From a virus (lineage: Duplodnaviria; Caudoviricetes), in the IMG/VR virus record IMGVR_UViG_3300005077_000074, positions 1-43,141 of that record: a stretch of DNA of 43,141 nt; one strand, 5' to 3'. The position numbers were made by a program, and so were the translations under genes. A model generated the notes under the pieces. The model was given only the letters and a program-made list of their open reading frames with translations, was not told the DNA's origin and made no database searches. Shown here piece after piece: positions 1 through 9,131 of the stretch. Every line of letters starts with the position of its first letter. Position 1 is the first letter of the stretch.

Positions 1-1
1 C

Positions 2-100
2 ATCTACGAGGAGCTGTTCAGGATCTATACCCCAGGCAAGCGCCCAAGCAGAAGGGCGCAGGCCCTGATCAGGGCGGCAGTGGCTGCGGTGATTGCGTGA
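2..100 (+). CDS. 3' end of a hypothetical protein (runs off window start)
   Basis: Open frame IYEELFRIYTPGKRPSRRAQALIRAAVAAVIA ending TGA at 98-100, overlapping the next GTG start (GTGA). Confidence 0.5.
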   Translation: MYEELFRIYTPGKRPSRRAQALIRAAVAAVIA

Positions 101-663
101 GAGAAAGACCTGAAGCAGTCGAGGCGATCGCAATACAAAGCACCATGAAAACAGAGCGAATACCGACCACACGTAAACCTTGCCCGGTGTGCGGCGGGAC
201 ATGGGACCGGGTGAAGGATAAACCATGCCCTACCTGCCTCGATTGGATCGCCAGGATGCGGAGACTGGAGGAGAGCATGCGTGCTGAACTGGAGCCGATT
301 GGAACGCCCCCAAGTAGCAATGCTTGGCAGTATATCCCCGAGGTGGACCGCGAGGGCAGGAGCGAGTTTTGTGAGGCTCTACACACTATCTGGCAGCTTG
401 CCACGACGGAAGGAGCGCAGTGGAGGGTTGGCATGAAAACCCTGAAGGCGATGGAGGATCCAAGGGGATACTGGACCCCAAAGGTTCGGCTGGCAAAGCC
501 TGGGCTGGCGGAGGCGGTTGACGCCCTCCATGCGTCCGTCTCAACAATGGTGAAGTCAGCGTATCAGGCTGGTCACAAATCGGGACGCAACTTGCTCGCC
601 GGTTTGGCAAGCGGGGAGATGACAGTCGGCGAGTTCAACGATCGGGCAGAAAGGCAGCGCTGA
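97..663 (+). CDS. Hypothetical phage protein with N-terminal Zn-ribbon (start may be ATG 145)
   Basis: CPVCGG...CPTC motif; TGATG coupling to the next gene. Confidence 0.75.
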   Translation: MRERPEAVEAIAIQSTMKTERIPTTRKPCPVCGGTWDRVKDKPCPTCLDWIARMRRLEESMRAELEPIGTPPSSNAWQYIPEVDREGRSEFCEALHTIWQLATTEGAQWRVGMKTLKAMEDPRGYWTPKVRLAKPGLAEAVDALHASVSTMVKSAYQAGHKSGRNLLAGLASGEMTVGEFNDRAERQR

Positions 664-1445
664 TGATGGTGGAAAACCAACAGGAATACACCGACATCAT
701 CCGAGCGCCGTGCGTCAAGTGCGGCAAGATGATGATGCTGCCGTCGTATCCGATACCGGACGGTGCGATGAGGAAGGTGATTATGGACTTGTCGAAGTGC
801 GTCACCTGCAATGAATGCTACGACAAGCTTAAGGTTCCAAGCCGTTATCTTCCGGAGAGGCCGAAGCCTCAGTCTGAGGTTGAGAGGTGGATCCCTCCGG
901 ATTACAGGCTGACTGACGTTACGAGGTTCCCGAAGATCCAGCTTGGCAAGTGTGTCGGCTGGCAGCCGGGGCCTCGTGGCATGTATCTCTATGGTCCACC
1001 GAGGCGATGGAAGAGCCGCATCGCATACTTCGTGGTTCGCAAGCTGATCGACGCTGGCCGCAAGTGCATGACATTCGACGCTCGCACGTTCAGGGCAGCA
1101 GTCGAAACAAGGATCACCGCTGGCACGCTGTGGCAGTGGTATCCTGAGATCGAGAGGGTTGAGGTCCTGCTCATCGACGACATTGGAAAGTTCCAAGCCG
1201 AGGGCAAGCGCATCGAGGAGGAGCTGTTCAACGTCATCAAGTGCAGGGTTGAGGCAAAGCGCGGGATCATCTTCACCTCGAACTACAGTCTCACCGATCT
1301 GCGGCACAGGTTCGGCGCTAGCGCTGCCGCGATCATATCAAGGATCTACGAGACGTGCGACCAGATCGACTTCTACGAAGGCTTTGAAGGCCCGAAAGAA
1401 GATGATATTGCACAGGCAGACTTAAGCGATTCAGGTATAGCATGA
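663..1445 (+). CDS. DnaC/IstB-like AAA+ ATPase (putative helicase loader) with N-terminal Zn finger
   Basis: CVKC...CVTC finger, P-loop position YLYGPPRRWKS, Walker B LLIDDIG, LFNVIKCR, sensor IFTSN, and AIISRIYE arginine-finger motif. Confidence 0.88.
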   Translation: MMVENQQEYTDIIRAPCVKCGKMMMLPSYPIPDGAMRKVIMDLSKCVTCNECYDKLKVPSRYLPERPKPQSEVERWIPPDYRLTDVTRFPKIQLGKCVGWQPGPRGMYLYGPPRRWKSRIAYFVVRKLIDAGRKCMTFDARTFRAAVETRITAGTLWQWYPEIERVEVLLIDDIGKFQAEGKRIEEELFNVIKCRVEAKRGIIFTSNYSLTDLRHRFGASAAAIISRIYETCDQIDFYEGFEGPKEDDIAQADLSDSGIA

Positions 1446-1828
1446 AGCCAACACTAATTGAACAACTGGACGCCATGCCCCCGGCATTAACAAGGCTGTG
1501 CGCGAAGAAGGGGTTCAGGCGGAAGAGCCTTGCGGAGATCTCAAAAGAGGCTGGGCTGTCCATGCGCAAGACGAGGTGGATCGCAAGGCAAGGGACGTGG
1601 CGTCCGGTGAAAATCGGTGACGCCATGCGGTTCGCGAAGGCGTGCGGAGTGGACCTGCTCCGCCCACGGAAGAGCCGGTTCTACCTGATGCGGATCTGGC
1701 TGCGCGGGCCGAGGGGGATCAGGCACCTGAGCCGTGGCATTGGGCTGCGGTATGTGATGAAACAACTAACCAAAATGGAGAGGAGCAACAATGAAAGCAC
1801 TGGTGTGGCCAGAGGAGGCAAGGACTGA
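1442..1828 (+). CDS. Basic HTH (Cro/XRE-like) DNA-binding protein
   Basis: SLAEISKEAGLSMRKTRWIA helix-turn-helix pattern and FAKACGVDLL tail; ATGA overlap with the upstream gene. Confidence 0.6.
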   Translation: MKPTLIEQLDAMPPALTRLCAKKGFRRKSLAEISKEAGLSMRKTRWIARQGTWRPVKIGDAMRFAKACGVDLLRPRKSRFYLMRIWLRGPRGIRHLSRGIGLRYVMKQLTKMERSNNESTGVARGGKD

Positions 1829-2741
1829 AGACCTCGTAATCAAGGTGGACCGGGAACCAAAGCCGCCACCAAAGCCCCTGAACAGATCGAGCTTCAGGGC
1901 GTTCTGCAATCGCTACCTTCAGGCGTGCTGCAACAAGGGCGTGTGCGGCGGGACGACTGACAGCTACCACATGTCGCTGGTTCAGCTGGCGATATTCGCG
2001 AAGGACAGGCACATCACTCAGGATGTCATCACGCAGTTCTTCGCTCACCTTGAGGACAAGGGGATAAAACCCAACACGCTCATCCGGCACAAGAAGTCGC
2101 TCAACTCGTTCTTCCGCTGGATGGTTCGCAACGGTCACGCGAGTGAGAACGTGGTGAAGGAAGCCGACCTGAGGTTGCCAGCCAGGACATACAAGACCGA
2201 TACCTTCTCAAAAGAGGAGTACGAGAAAATCAAGAAGGCTGGCGCAGGCACATGGGTTTATCCGGCTGCGGTCCTTGCATACAACACCGGCATGCGAATG
2301 TCTGACACGCTCAGGGCAACCTGGAGATGGGTTGACTTCGAGCGTGAAGAGATCACGTATTCACCGCAGAAGCTGCAGAAGCTCGGGCGCAGATGCATAA
2401 TCCCATTCGTCACTGGCGGAGACCTGTGCGTCATGCTTCATGAGGCGAGGCAGCTAGCGGCCGGGGATGACGACACAATCGTCAAGCGACGGGAGAGGCC
2501 GTTTGTCAGTAAGGACTTCACCAAGCTCCTGCATTCGATCGGCATCTACAAGAAGTCGTTCCACACATTCAGGCGGACGTTCATCTCCAACCTGCTCAGC
2601 AGCGGAGCTGACAGCTACATCGTGATGGTCATGGCTGGCATTACCAGCCACAAGACAATGAAGCACTACTTCGTTCCACACATCGATTCACTAAGGGCGG
2701 CAATGGAAAAGGCTGAAGCATACGCAAAACTAAGACCATGA
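1791..2741 (+). CDS. Tyrosine recombinase/integrase (XerC/D-like)
   Basis: SAM-like core-binding region (TLIRHKKSLNSFFRWM), catalytic R in NTGMRMSD, HTFRRTF box, and catalytic Y in TMKHY; GGAGAGGAG Shine-Dalgarno upstream. Confidence 0.92.
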   Translation: MKALVWPEEARTEDLVIKVDREPKPPPKPLNRSSFRAFCNRYLQACCNKGVCGGTTDSYHMSLVQLAIFAKDRHITQDVITQFFAHLEDKGIKPNTLIRHKKSLNSFFRWMVRNGHASENVVKEADLRLPARTYKTDTFSKEEYEKIKKAGAGTWVYPAAVLAYNTGMRMSDTLRATWRWVDFEREEITYSPQKLQKLGRRCIIPFVTGGDLCVMLHEARQLAAGDDDTIVKRRERPFVSKDFTKLLHSIGIYKKSFHTFRRTFISNLLSSGADSYIVMVMAGITSHKTMKHYFVPHIDSLRAAMEKAEAYAKLRP

Positions 2742-3397
2742 AAACAGTCAACGGAGTCATAATCATCGAGATCAACGATCATGTCACAATCGTCACTGGC
2801 GCTGACGCCGGGGTGTCTGGGACCGTTATCAATGTCTCAGGGAAAGAGATCACTGTCTGGGGCAGGCAGCCGGGGTATCTTGGATCGAAGTCATTCAGGA
2901 TACAGGTCCCTGCATCCAGTGTGAGGTATGTCGGCAAGGCGATTCTGCGGCCGTTGAGGCCGGGGGAAAGTCGAGTCGCCCCACCAGATTTGCAGGTTGC
3001 GGCAGGCGGCACCGAAGGGATCCATGCTCCTACCCTTCGCAAGCCAAAACAACCGCCGCAACCTGCTTCAGTTAATCAACAGCCAGAGCCGCAGGAGACG
3101 CAGCTACCACCAGCACCAGTGATCCCTGTTCCGGCAGCACAGGAGATTCCTCCCGAGATGCTGAAGCCGCTCGTGGTGAAGCGTGAAAGCGCTCAAGACA
3201 TCTTCGGTAAAACAGCCGAAGCAGTGAACCACCAACCAAAGGAACAGCAGAATGAGCCAGAAGAAACCAAGAGTGCTGAAGTACAAGCCGAAGGTGACAT
3301 GCCTCCAGACGACCTCCTTCCGGGGGAAGATGATATACCGGTTCGAGTGGAGGGAGCCGCGCCAGGACCGAAGGCAGGGAAGAAACGGAAAGCCTGA
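2738..3397 (+). CDS. KOW-motif protein with Pro/Gln-rich disordered C-terminus
   Basis: DHVTIVTGADAGVSGTVINV matches the KOW consensus; low-complexity tail; ATGA overlap. Confidence 0.65.
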   Translation: MKTVNGVIIIEINDHVTIVTGADAGVSGTVINVSGKEITVWGRQPGYLGSKSFRIQVPASSVRYVGKAILRPLRPGESRVAPPDLQVAAGGTEGIHAPTLRKPKQPPQPASVNQQPEPQETQLPPAPVIPVPAAQEIPPEMLKPLVVKRESAQDIFGKTAEAVNHQPKEQQNEPEETKSAEVQAEGDMPPDDLLPGEDDIPVRVEGAAPGPKAGKKRKA

Positions 3398-3551
3398 GAC
3401 CGCAACTCTCAGGAAGCGATACAGCCGTGAGTTCGTGAACAGTCAAGGAGCAATCGAATGGATACAACTGAAAGAAGCGGAGCTGGCAAAGAGGTTCGCT
3501 GGGAGAACGATATCCATACCTACTACCACTCCGGAGCAGCAGGAGACGTGA
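3330..3551 (+). CDS. Small ORF resembling an integrase arm-DNA-binding domain; overlaps both neighbours
   Basis: MIYRFEW...GK...KRYSREF..SQGAIEWIQLKEAEL pattern; GGGGGA just upstream of ATG 3330. Confidence 0.4.
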   Translation: MIYRFEWREPRQDRRQGRNGKPETATLRKRYSREFVNSQGAIEWIQLKEAELAKRFAGRTISIPTTTPEQQET

Positions 3552-4294
3552 TCTATGCGCTTCCAGCGCTGATCACTCACGCCAGAACAAAGAACGTTGC
3601 CGGTATGTTCCGCATCGTTCTTAACAACTCAGCCGACGTATCGCCGTCCCCGGCGTTCACCGAGCAGTCTGCGGCAAGTTTGATCGCTCTGCTTGAGGTT
3701 CAGCCGTACATCGACAGGGCGACGTACGACCCAGCGCTAGACCCTCCGCCGCTCTACAACGTGGATGCGTTCAGAAAGTGGGCTCTAACAAACGAGTGGG
3801 TCAACGACAAGCTGACCATTACCGAAGCCGTGTGCAGGGTTGCCAGCGTGCCAAACGACAGAAGTATTTTCCAATGGCTCAAGTGCGGCAGGTCATCGTT
3901 CAGAACACTGGAGGACAGGCGCATTGATGTAATCCTGTCCAGGTCCAGCCGCTATCATGGGATTGATTTCCCATGGAGAAGAATCGTTGAGAAGCTCTGG
4001 TATCGATCTGGCTTCATTGGGACCGACGCTGAGTATATAACGTTCTGCGCCAAGTTCGGATCTGTCCCAAGGATTAACTGCGGCAGTTGCCTCGACATCG
4101 CCAACGCGATTAACGGCGCGAAGCTGTTCATTGGCAATCAAAGCCTCCCGCTCGCAATAGCGGAAGCGCTGAAGAAACCATTGATTCAGGAGTGCTGGCC
4201 TCAGCTCCCGAATTGTATTTGGAAGAGGTCATACACAACCCACCACCTGAGCGGGGATCTCGCGATTCCCGACGTAGACCTAATACCAGAATGA
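3458..4294 (+). CDS. GT-B fold glycosyltransferase (GT9/heptosyltransferase-like)
   Basis: HSGAAGDVIYALP N-terminal motif and AKLFIGNQSLPLAIAEALKKP C-terminal motif; AAGGAG Shine-Dalgarno at 3445-3450. Confidence 0.8.
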   Translation: MDTTERSGAGKEVRWENDIHTYYHSGAAGDVIYALPALITHARTKNVAGMFRIVLNNSADVSPSPAFTEQSAASLIALLEVQPYIDRATYDPALDPPPLYNVDAFRKWALTNEWVNDKLTITEAVCRVASVPNDRSIFQWLKCGRSSFRTLEDRRIDVILSRSSRYHGIDFPWRRIVEKLWYRSGFIGTDAEYITFCAKFGSVPRINCGSCLDIANAINGAKLFIGNQSLPLAIAEALKKPLIQECWPQLPNCIWKRSYTTHHLSGDLAIPDVDLIPE

Positions 4295-4611
4295 ACCTAG
4301 ACGACCTGCAGAAAGAAGTGAAGGAATGGAGCAGCAGGAACTTCCCAAACAACAAACCGCACCACCCGCTACTGGGTGTGCAGGAGGAGGTTGGGGAGCT
4401 GTCACACGCGCATCTCAAGCTTGAGCAAGGGATTCGCGGCACGCCAGAAGAGCACCGCATCGCCAAGGCTGATGCCGTTGGCGACGTCATCGTTTACCTC
4501 GCCGACTACTGCTGGCGCAACGGCCTGCATATCGGCGATTGCGTGAGGTTCGCATGGGGCGAGGTCAAGCAGAGGGACTGGCTGAAGAACAAGGATGATG
4601 GAAAAGTATGA
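4291..4611 (+). CDS. MazG-like nucleotide pyrophosphohydrolase
   Basis: LLGVQEEVGELSHA...DAVGDVIVYLADYC. True start is ATG 4291 by ATGA coupling. Confidence 0.85.
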   Translation: MNLDDLQKEVKEWSSRNFPNNKPHHPLLGVQEEVGELSHAHLKLEQGIRGTPEEHRIAKADAVGDVIVYLADYCWRNGLHIGDCVRFAWGEVKQRDWLKNKDDGKV

Positions 4612-5360
4612 GCATCGGTGGATCTATCTTCGTTCGTCGAGCGATTCGCTACGACTACTGCATCCGAGAGGCGATCAACTCCCTGCTCGGAATCTGTGAC
4701 GAGGTTGTTGTCGCTGACTGCCAGAGCGATGACGGCACTTACGAGATGCTTCATGAGATGGCATCTAAAGAGAAGCGCATCAAGCTGCACCGGCACCCGT
4801 GGAAGCCTGTTGCTGGCAGGGGTGGGGCGTGGTTGGCTGATGTGGCAAACTATGCCAGAGAAGCCCTGACCACCGACTACCACATCGGACTGCAGGCTGA
4901 CGAGGTGCTGCACGAGGGCGACTACCACCTGATCAAGCGTGCTGCAGAGTCTAACGCCAGATGCCTCGTCACCAGAATTAACTTCTGGCTGGATCACCGC
5001 AGGTATTTGCCTGTCGGAGAAAAGGTCGGATCGAAGATCGTGAGGCTCGCGCCGAAGAGCGTCGAGTGGTGGGGTGATGCCGAGAGCCTCAAGCCTGACG
5101 GGACAGAGGTTGATCTGACCGCTGTTCACATCTTCCACTACGGGTTCATCCGCAAGCTGGATGCATTTGTGGATCGGTCGATCAGTATCCAGACCGAATG
5201 GCACGGAGAGGGCAATCACGACAAACTCTTCGACCGCATCAAAGCCGAAGGGAAACAACCGCTGATCGATCACTTCCCCGTCGAGAAGCTGGTGAAGTTC
5301 AGGGGATCACACCCGAAGTTCGCAGCCGAATGGCTCAAAGAGAGAGGATACACGGACTGA
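4608..5360 (+). CDS. GT-A fold glycosyltransferase (GT2-like)
   Basis: EVVVADCQSDDGT, LQADEVLHE (DxD-like) and IFHYGF motifs. Confidence 0.85.
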   Translation: MSIGGSIFVRRAIRYDYCIREAINSLLGICDEVVVADCQSDDGTYEMLHEMASKEKRIKLHRHPWKPVAGRGGAWLADVANYAREALTTDYHIGLQADEVLHEGDYHLIKRAAESNARCLVTRINFWLDHRRYLPVGEKVGSKIVRLAPKSVEWWGDAESLKPDGTEVDLTAVHIFHYGFIRKLDAFVDRSISIQTEWHGEGNHDKLFDRIKAEGKQPLIDHFPVEKLVKFRGSHPKFAAEWLKERGYTD

Positions 5361-6247
5361 TGAAAACATACGTTCTGTACCATGGGAATTGCCCTGACGG
5401 CGCTGGTGCCGCCTTGGCATACGCAACGTCGATCCCGCTGTCCGAGATTGACCAAACTGAGTTCATCCCGGTCAACTACGGCAAGCCGCCGCCTGACATT
5501 GAGGATGGGTCTCGCGTGTTCATTTTGGACTTCAGCTATCCAAGAGCGGTGCTGGAGGAACTGAACACACGCTGCCCGCAGTTGTTGGTTTTAGACCATC
5601 ACGCTACTGCCAAGGATGAGTTGGATGGCCTGCTGTATTGCCGGTTCGACATGACTCGTAGCGGGGCAGTGATGGCGTGGCAGTACTTTCATCCATGCGA
5701 GCCAGTTCCCATGTTCTTCCAATACCTTCAGGACCGAGATTTGTGGCAGTGGAAGCTGGAAGGATCACGGGAAGTATCGGCTGCAATCGGCAGTTATGGC
5801 TTGGATTGGAGGACTTGGTTCGAGTCGAGCATGCACCTGTGGGATCCCAAGATTCTCATGGAGGAAGGAAGAACGTGCCTGCGGCTCAAAAACCAGCAGG
5901 TTGACATCATGGCTCACAACGCCAGGGGCGCTCTAATAAACACCGAACACCGCGATATTTGGATTCGAGACTTCAATTCCGAGCATCCTGAATGGGGAGA
6001 GATCAGGCCGGGTAGGTTTTACGGTCCTGTTGCAAATGCGACGGTGTTCTTCTCCGAGGTCGGCGAACGACTGATGGAACTGCATCCAACCGCTCCGTTT
6101 TCAGCCTACTACTTCGACCGATCCGATGGTCGCAGGCAGTGGGGGTTGCGTGCACGAAAGGACTTCGATGCAGCGCGACTGATTGCGAAGCCGATGGGCG
6201 GCGGAGGGCACCCGCAGGCATGCGGGTTCACACAAGGGGGGCTGTAA
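5360..6247 (+). CDS. DHH/DHHA1 family phosphoesterase
   Basis: YHGNCPDG, LDFS, LDHH, QDRDLW and GGGGHPQACG motifs. True start is ATG 5360 (TGATG). Confidence 0.9.
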   Translation: MKTYVLYHGNCPDGAGAALAYATSIPLSEIDQTEFIPVNYGKPPPDIEDGSRVFILDFSYPRAVLEELNTRCPQLLVLDHHATAKDELDGLLYCRFDMTRSGAVMAWQYFHPCEPVPMFFQYLQDRDLWQWKLEGSREVSAAIGSYGLDWRTWFESSMHLWDPKILMEEGRTCLRLKNQQVDIMAHNARGALINTEHRDIWIRDFNSEHPEWGEIRPGRFYGPVANATVFFSEVGERLMELHPTAPFSAYYFDRSDGRRQWGLRARKDFDAARLIAKPMGGGGHPQACGFTQGGL

Positions 6248-6248
6248 C

Positions 6249-6989
6249 ATGGAAATCCTAAAAGGAACACCCGCCCTGTGGAAATACTTCAGGGCGTTCT
6301 TCATACCGTCGGAACAACAGGCTGAATACTTCAACGAGTGCGTCAGGCACGGCATGAAGTATGGCAAGACCGAGCAGGACGCCAGGAAGACCGAGAACTT
6401 CTGTTTCGAGCTCATGAACCTGATAGCCAGCGGCAGGCTCAGCCCGCTTCAGATCAAGGACCACATGTTCATGATCCAGACTGCATACGCCGAGAGCTCA
6501 AAGAGCCGCGAGCTGTATGCGCACTACCTCGTCGGCAACGGGGTTGAGATCGGCAGCGGCGGCTGGCCGATGGTTCCGCACGCCATCCAGGTTGAGCTGA
6601 GTCACAGGACGTATGCGAAGTACAACTCGGGCAATGTCCCTGAGATCCCGGTGCAGTGGCACAGCGATAGCGCCATCCTCCCGTTCAAGGACGAGACCAT
6701 GGACTGGGTTGCGTCGTCGCACCTGATCGAGGACTTCATGGAGTGGATGCCGTGGCTAAGGGAGTGGACTCGGATCCTGAAGCCCGGTGGGCACCTCGTG
6801 ATCCTTGTGCCAGACAAGGAGCTGTGGAACAAGGCGCTCAGGGAAGGGCAGCCACCGAATTGCGCACACCGACATGAGAGCTTTGTCGGCGAGCTCTCAA
6901 CCTATGCACCCAAGCTTGGGCTTGAGGTGGTCATGGATCAACTCGCTGGCGACAAGTATTCGATCATATTCGTTGGGAGGAAACTATGA
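6249..6989 (+). CDS. Class I SAM-dependent methyltransferase (Methyltransf_11-like) with N-terminal extension
   Basis: GVEIGSGG motif I, LPFKDETMDWVASSHLIED, and RILKPGGHLVILVPD. Confidence 0.85.
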   Translation: MEILKGTPALWKYFRAFFIPSEQQAEYFNECVRHGMKYGKTEQDARKTENFCFELMNLIASGRLSPLQIKDHMFMIQTAYAESSKSRELYAHYLVGNGVEIGSGGWPMVPHAIQVELSHRTYAKYNSGNVPEIPVQWHSDSAILPFKDETMDWVASSHLIEDFMEWMPWLREWTRILKPGGHLVILVPDKELWNKALREGQPPNCAHRHESFVGELSTYAPKLGLEVVMDQLAGDKYSIIFVGRKL

Positions 6990-7609
6990 ATTTGAATGAA
7001 CTCCTGCTGAAGCAGCGGGCTCTTTACCCAAAGAGCGACGACATTGACTTCGAACAGGCAACCCAAGGACTCCCAGAGTTCGAGCTGCCGTTCACCATCT
7101 ACCGCACCGGAGCCGCCGCGATTCAATTCTTCAGAATCATCAGGTACATGGTGAACCCAAGGAGAATTGTGGAGATCGGGTTTAACCTTGGGCACAGCGC
7201 AAGCATGATGCTGCATCTGATACCGGATGCATCCGTGCTTAGTGTTGAGATCAACACGCACGAGAGCGTCAAGAGGGCCAGCGAGATCGTTGCACGCAAA
7301 TACCAAGGTAGGTTTCAGATTGTATTCGGCAGCTCATCGGATCCGCTGGTTCAGACCAACGTGGTCATGAAGATTCAGCCGAGGCTTGTGTTCATCGATG
7401 GAGACCATTCGATTGATGGCATAGACAACGACATCATGTTCGCCATTCGCCTTGGTGCAGAATGGATCGCGTTTGATGACCTGCTCCCGGAGTTCGGACC
7501 TGGAACAATACCTGGGATAGCCAAGCACAATCTGAAGGTTGTCGCCGCCACCGGGAACATGGTCCTGTGCCGAAGACCTGAAGGATACACGGAGCAACCA
7601 TGCCACTAA
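6986..7609 (+). CDS. Class I SAM-dependent methyltransferase (Methyltransf_24-like)
   Basis: IVEIGFNLGHSA, VFIDGDHS and IAFDD motifs. Confidence 0.85.
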   Translation: MNLNELLLKQRALYPKSDDIDFEQATQGLPEFELPFTIYRTGAAAIQFFRIIRYMVNPRRIVEIGFNLGHSASMMLHLIPDASVLSVEINTHESVKRASEIVARKYQGRFQIVFGSSSDPLVQTNVVMKIQPRLVFIDGDHSIDGIDNDIMFAIRLGAEWIAFDDLLPEFGPGTIPGIAKHNLKVVAATGNMVLCRRPEGYTEQPCH

Positions 7610-9126
7610 ACAACGTCACGATCAGCATCCTCTGCCTGGACAATCTTCCGATCACGCAGCGATGCGTTGAGAGCCTGCTCAGGAACACCATAGGATTCGA
7701 CCTGATCATCACAAACAACGGATCAAAGGACGGAACCGCTGGCTACATCGAACGACTCGCTCAGAGCGTTCCGAATGTCAGCACGATCCACCACCAGAAC
7801 AACCTCGGGTTTCAGATCGGGCACGAGGTTGCGTTCTCGGAGTGCGATACGGAGTTCTTCCTGCTGCTGAACAACGACACGATCATCGAAGGTCCTGAGT
7901 GGCTACCGTCGCTCCTGCACCCGATGAAGGACCCGCGCATCGCAGCAACCGGACCAACCGGAAACTGCTGCTCGATCAGGGGCGACAGTTTCTTCGGCTA
8001 TCCGAACGGGCCATTCGAGTACCTCGAAGGATCGTGCCTATTGCTCCGGTCTCAGGTCGTCAGGGAGATCGGGCTGTTCAGCAAATACATCAGCCATTCG
8101 TACGGCGAGGACTCGGACTTGTGCCTGCGCCTGCGGTATGCAGGATATCGCCTAAGCAGAGTCACAGTCCCAGTTCGGCACATAGGGTCAGCAACATCAA
8201 AGCGCATGCCTGAGGTTAAGCAGCACCTGAAGCGCAACTGCGCGGTGCTGCAGAGGGTCTGGTCTCATTATTTGAAAGTGAGGAAGGTGAATCATCCAAT
8301 ACTCGTCAAGAGGGCTGCAGCCATCGGGGACGTGCTGCTGACAACCCCGATAATCAGATCGCTGGCAACGCAGCGTGCGACCTGCGACCTGTATGTCGAG
8401 ACCATGTTCCCTGAACTGTTCGAGAGGAATCCTTACGTTAAGCTGGCTGCGAAAAGCGTGGTGCCCACACCTGAGACGCAGGTGATAGACCTCAACATGG
8501 CATACGAGAATTCCGTTGGGGTCCACATCATCGATGCATATCAGGAGGCTGCGATGATCGAGCTGCACGACAGGTTCCTCGATTACACACCGAGCCCTGA
8601 GTCGATCAAGACCGCATCGGATCTGCTGTCTTCGTTCAACGGGAACCCGCTGTGCGTCATGGCACCAGGACCGACAACGTGGATCGGAAAGAACTGGATG
8701 CCAGACAGGTGGAATGCGGTTGCTGGAAACTTAATCGAAAGAGGGTGGAGAGTGATCCTGGTTGGGGCGTCGCTCGAATACAGAATCAAAAGCTCGCTGG
8801 ATATGCGCGGCAAGACGGACTTCAGCCTGCTCGCAGCAATCATGGCTCACAGCCAGCTGTTCGTCGGAGTCGACTCGTTCCCTCTGCACATGGCGATGAG
8901 CCAGGAGCTGCCTGCGGTTGGGATTTTCGGGGCGACGCTGCCGCAGTTCATCCTCTCTGAAGGTCAGGCCCTTGGGGTGCACGCCCTGCCAGAGAATGTG
9001 CCGTGTGTCGGAGCAAGGCACAGGGTTGCCGGGTCAACCCACGTTCAGTGCGATGGCGCATGCATGCGGGCTGTGACCGTCGATATGGTAATGGCCGGAA
9101 TCGAGATAATGATCGGGATGACGTGA
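7600..9126 (+). CDS. Bifunctional glycosyltransferase, GT2 plus GT9 fusion
   Basis: The N-terminal half has NNGSKDGT, LLNNDT and YGEDSDLCLR (GT2). The C-terminal half has RAAAIGDVLLTTP, KNW and FVGVDSFPLHMA (GT9). Confidence 0.9.
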   Translation: MPLNNVTISILCLDNLPITQRCVESLLRNTIGFDLIITNNGSKDGTAGYIERLAQSVPNVSTIHHQNNLGFQIGHEVAFSECDTEFFLLLNNDTIIEGPEWLPSLLHPMKDPRIAATGPTGNCCSIRGDSFFGYPNGPFEYLEGSCLLLRSQVVREIGLFSKYISHSYGEDSDLCLRLRYAGYRLSRVTVPVRHIGSATSKRMPEVKQHLKRNCAVLQRVWSHYLKVRKVNHPILVKRAAAIGDVLLTTPIIRSLATQRATCDLYVETMFPELFERNPYVKLAAKSVVPTPETQVIDLNMAYENSVGVHIIDAYQEAAMIELHDRFLDYTPSPESIKTASDLLSSFNGNPLCVMAPGPTTWIGKNWMPDRWNAVAGNLIERGWRVILVGASLEYRIKSSLDMRGKTDFSLLAAIMAHSQLFVGVDSFPLHMAMSQELPAVGIFGATLPQFILSEGQALGVHALPENVPCVGARHRVAGSTHVQCDGACMRAVTVDMVMAGIEIMIGMT

Positions 9127-9131
9127 TCGGG

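Noticed and set aside
5198-5359. Upstream extensions of the DHH ORF (and similarly MazG from 4192 and the methyltransferase from 6183)
   Set aside because: They overlap upstream genes; coupled or adjacent ATG starts at 5360, 4291 and 6249 fit better.
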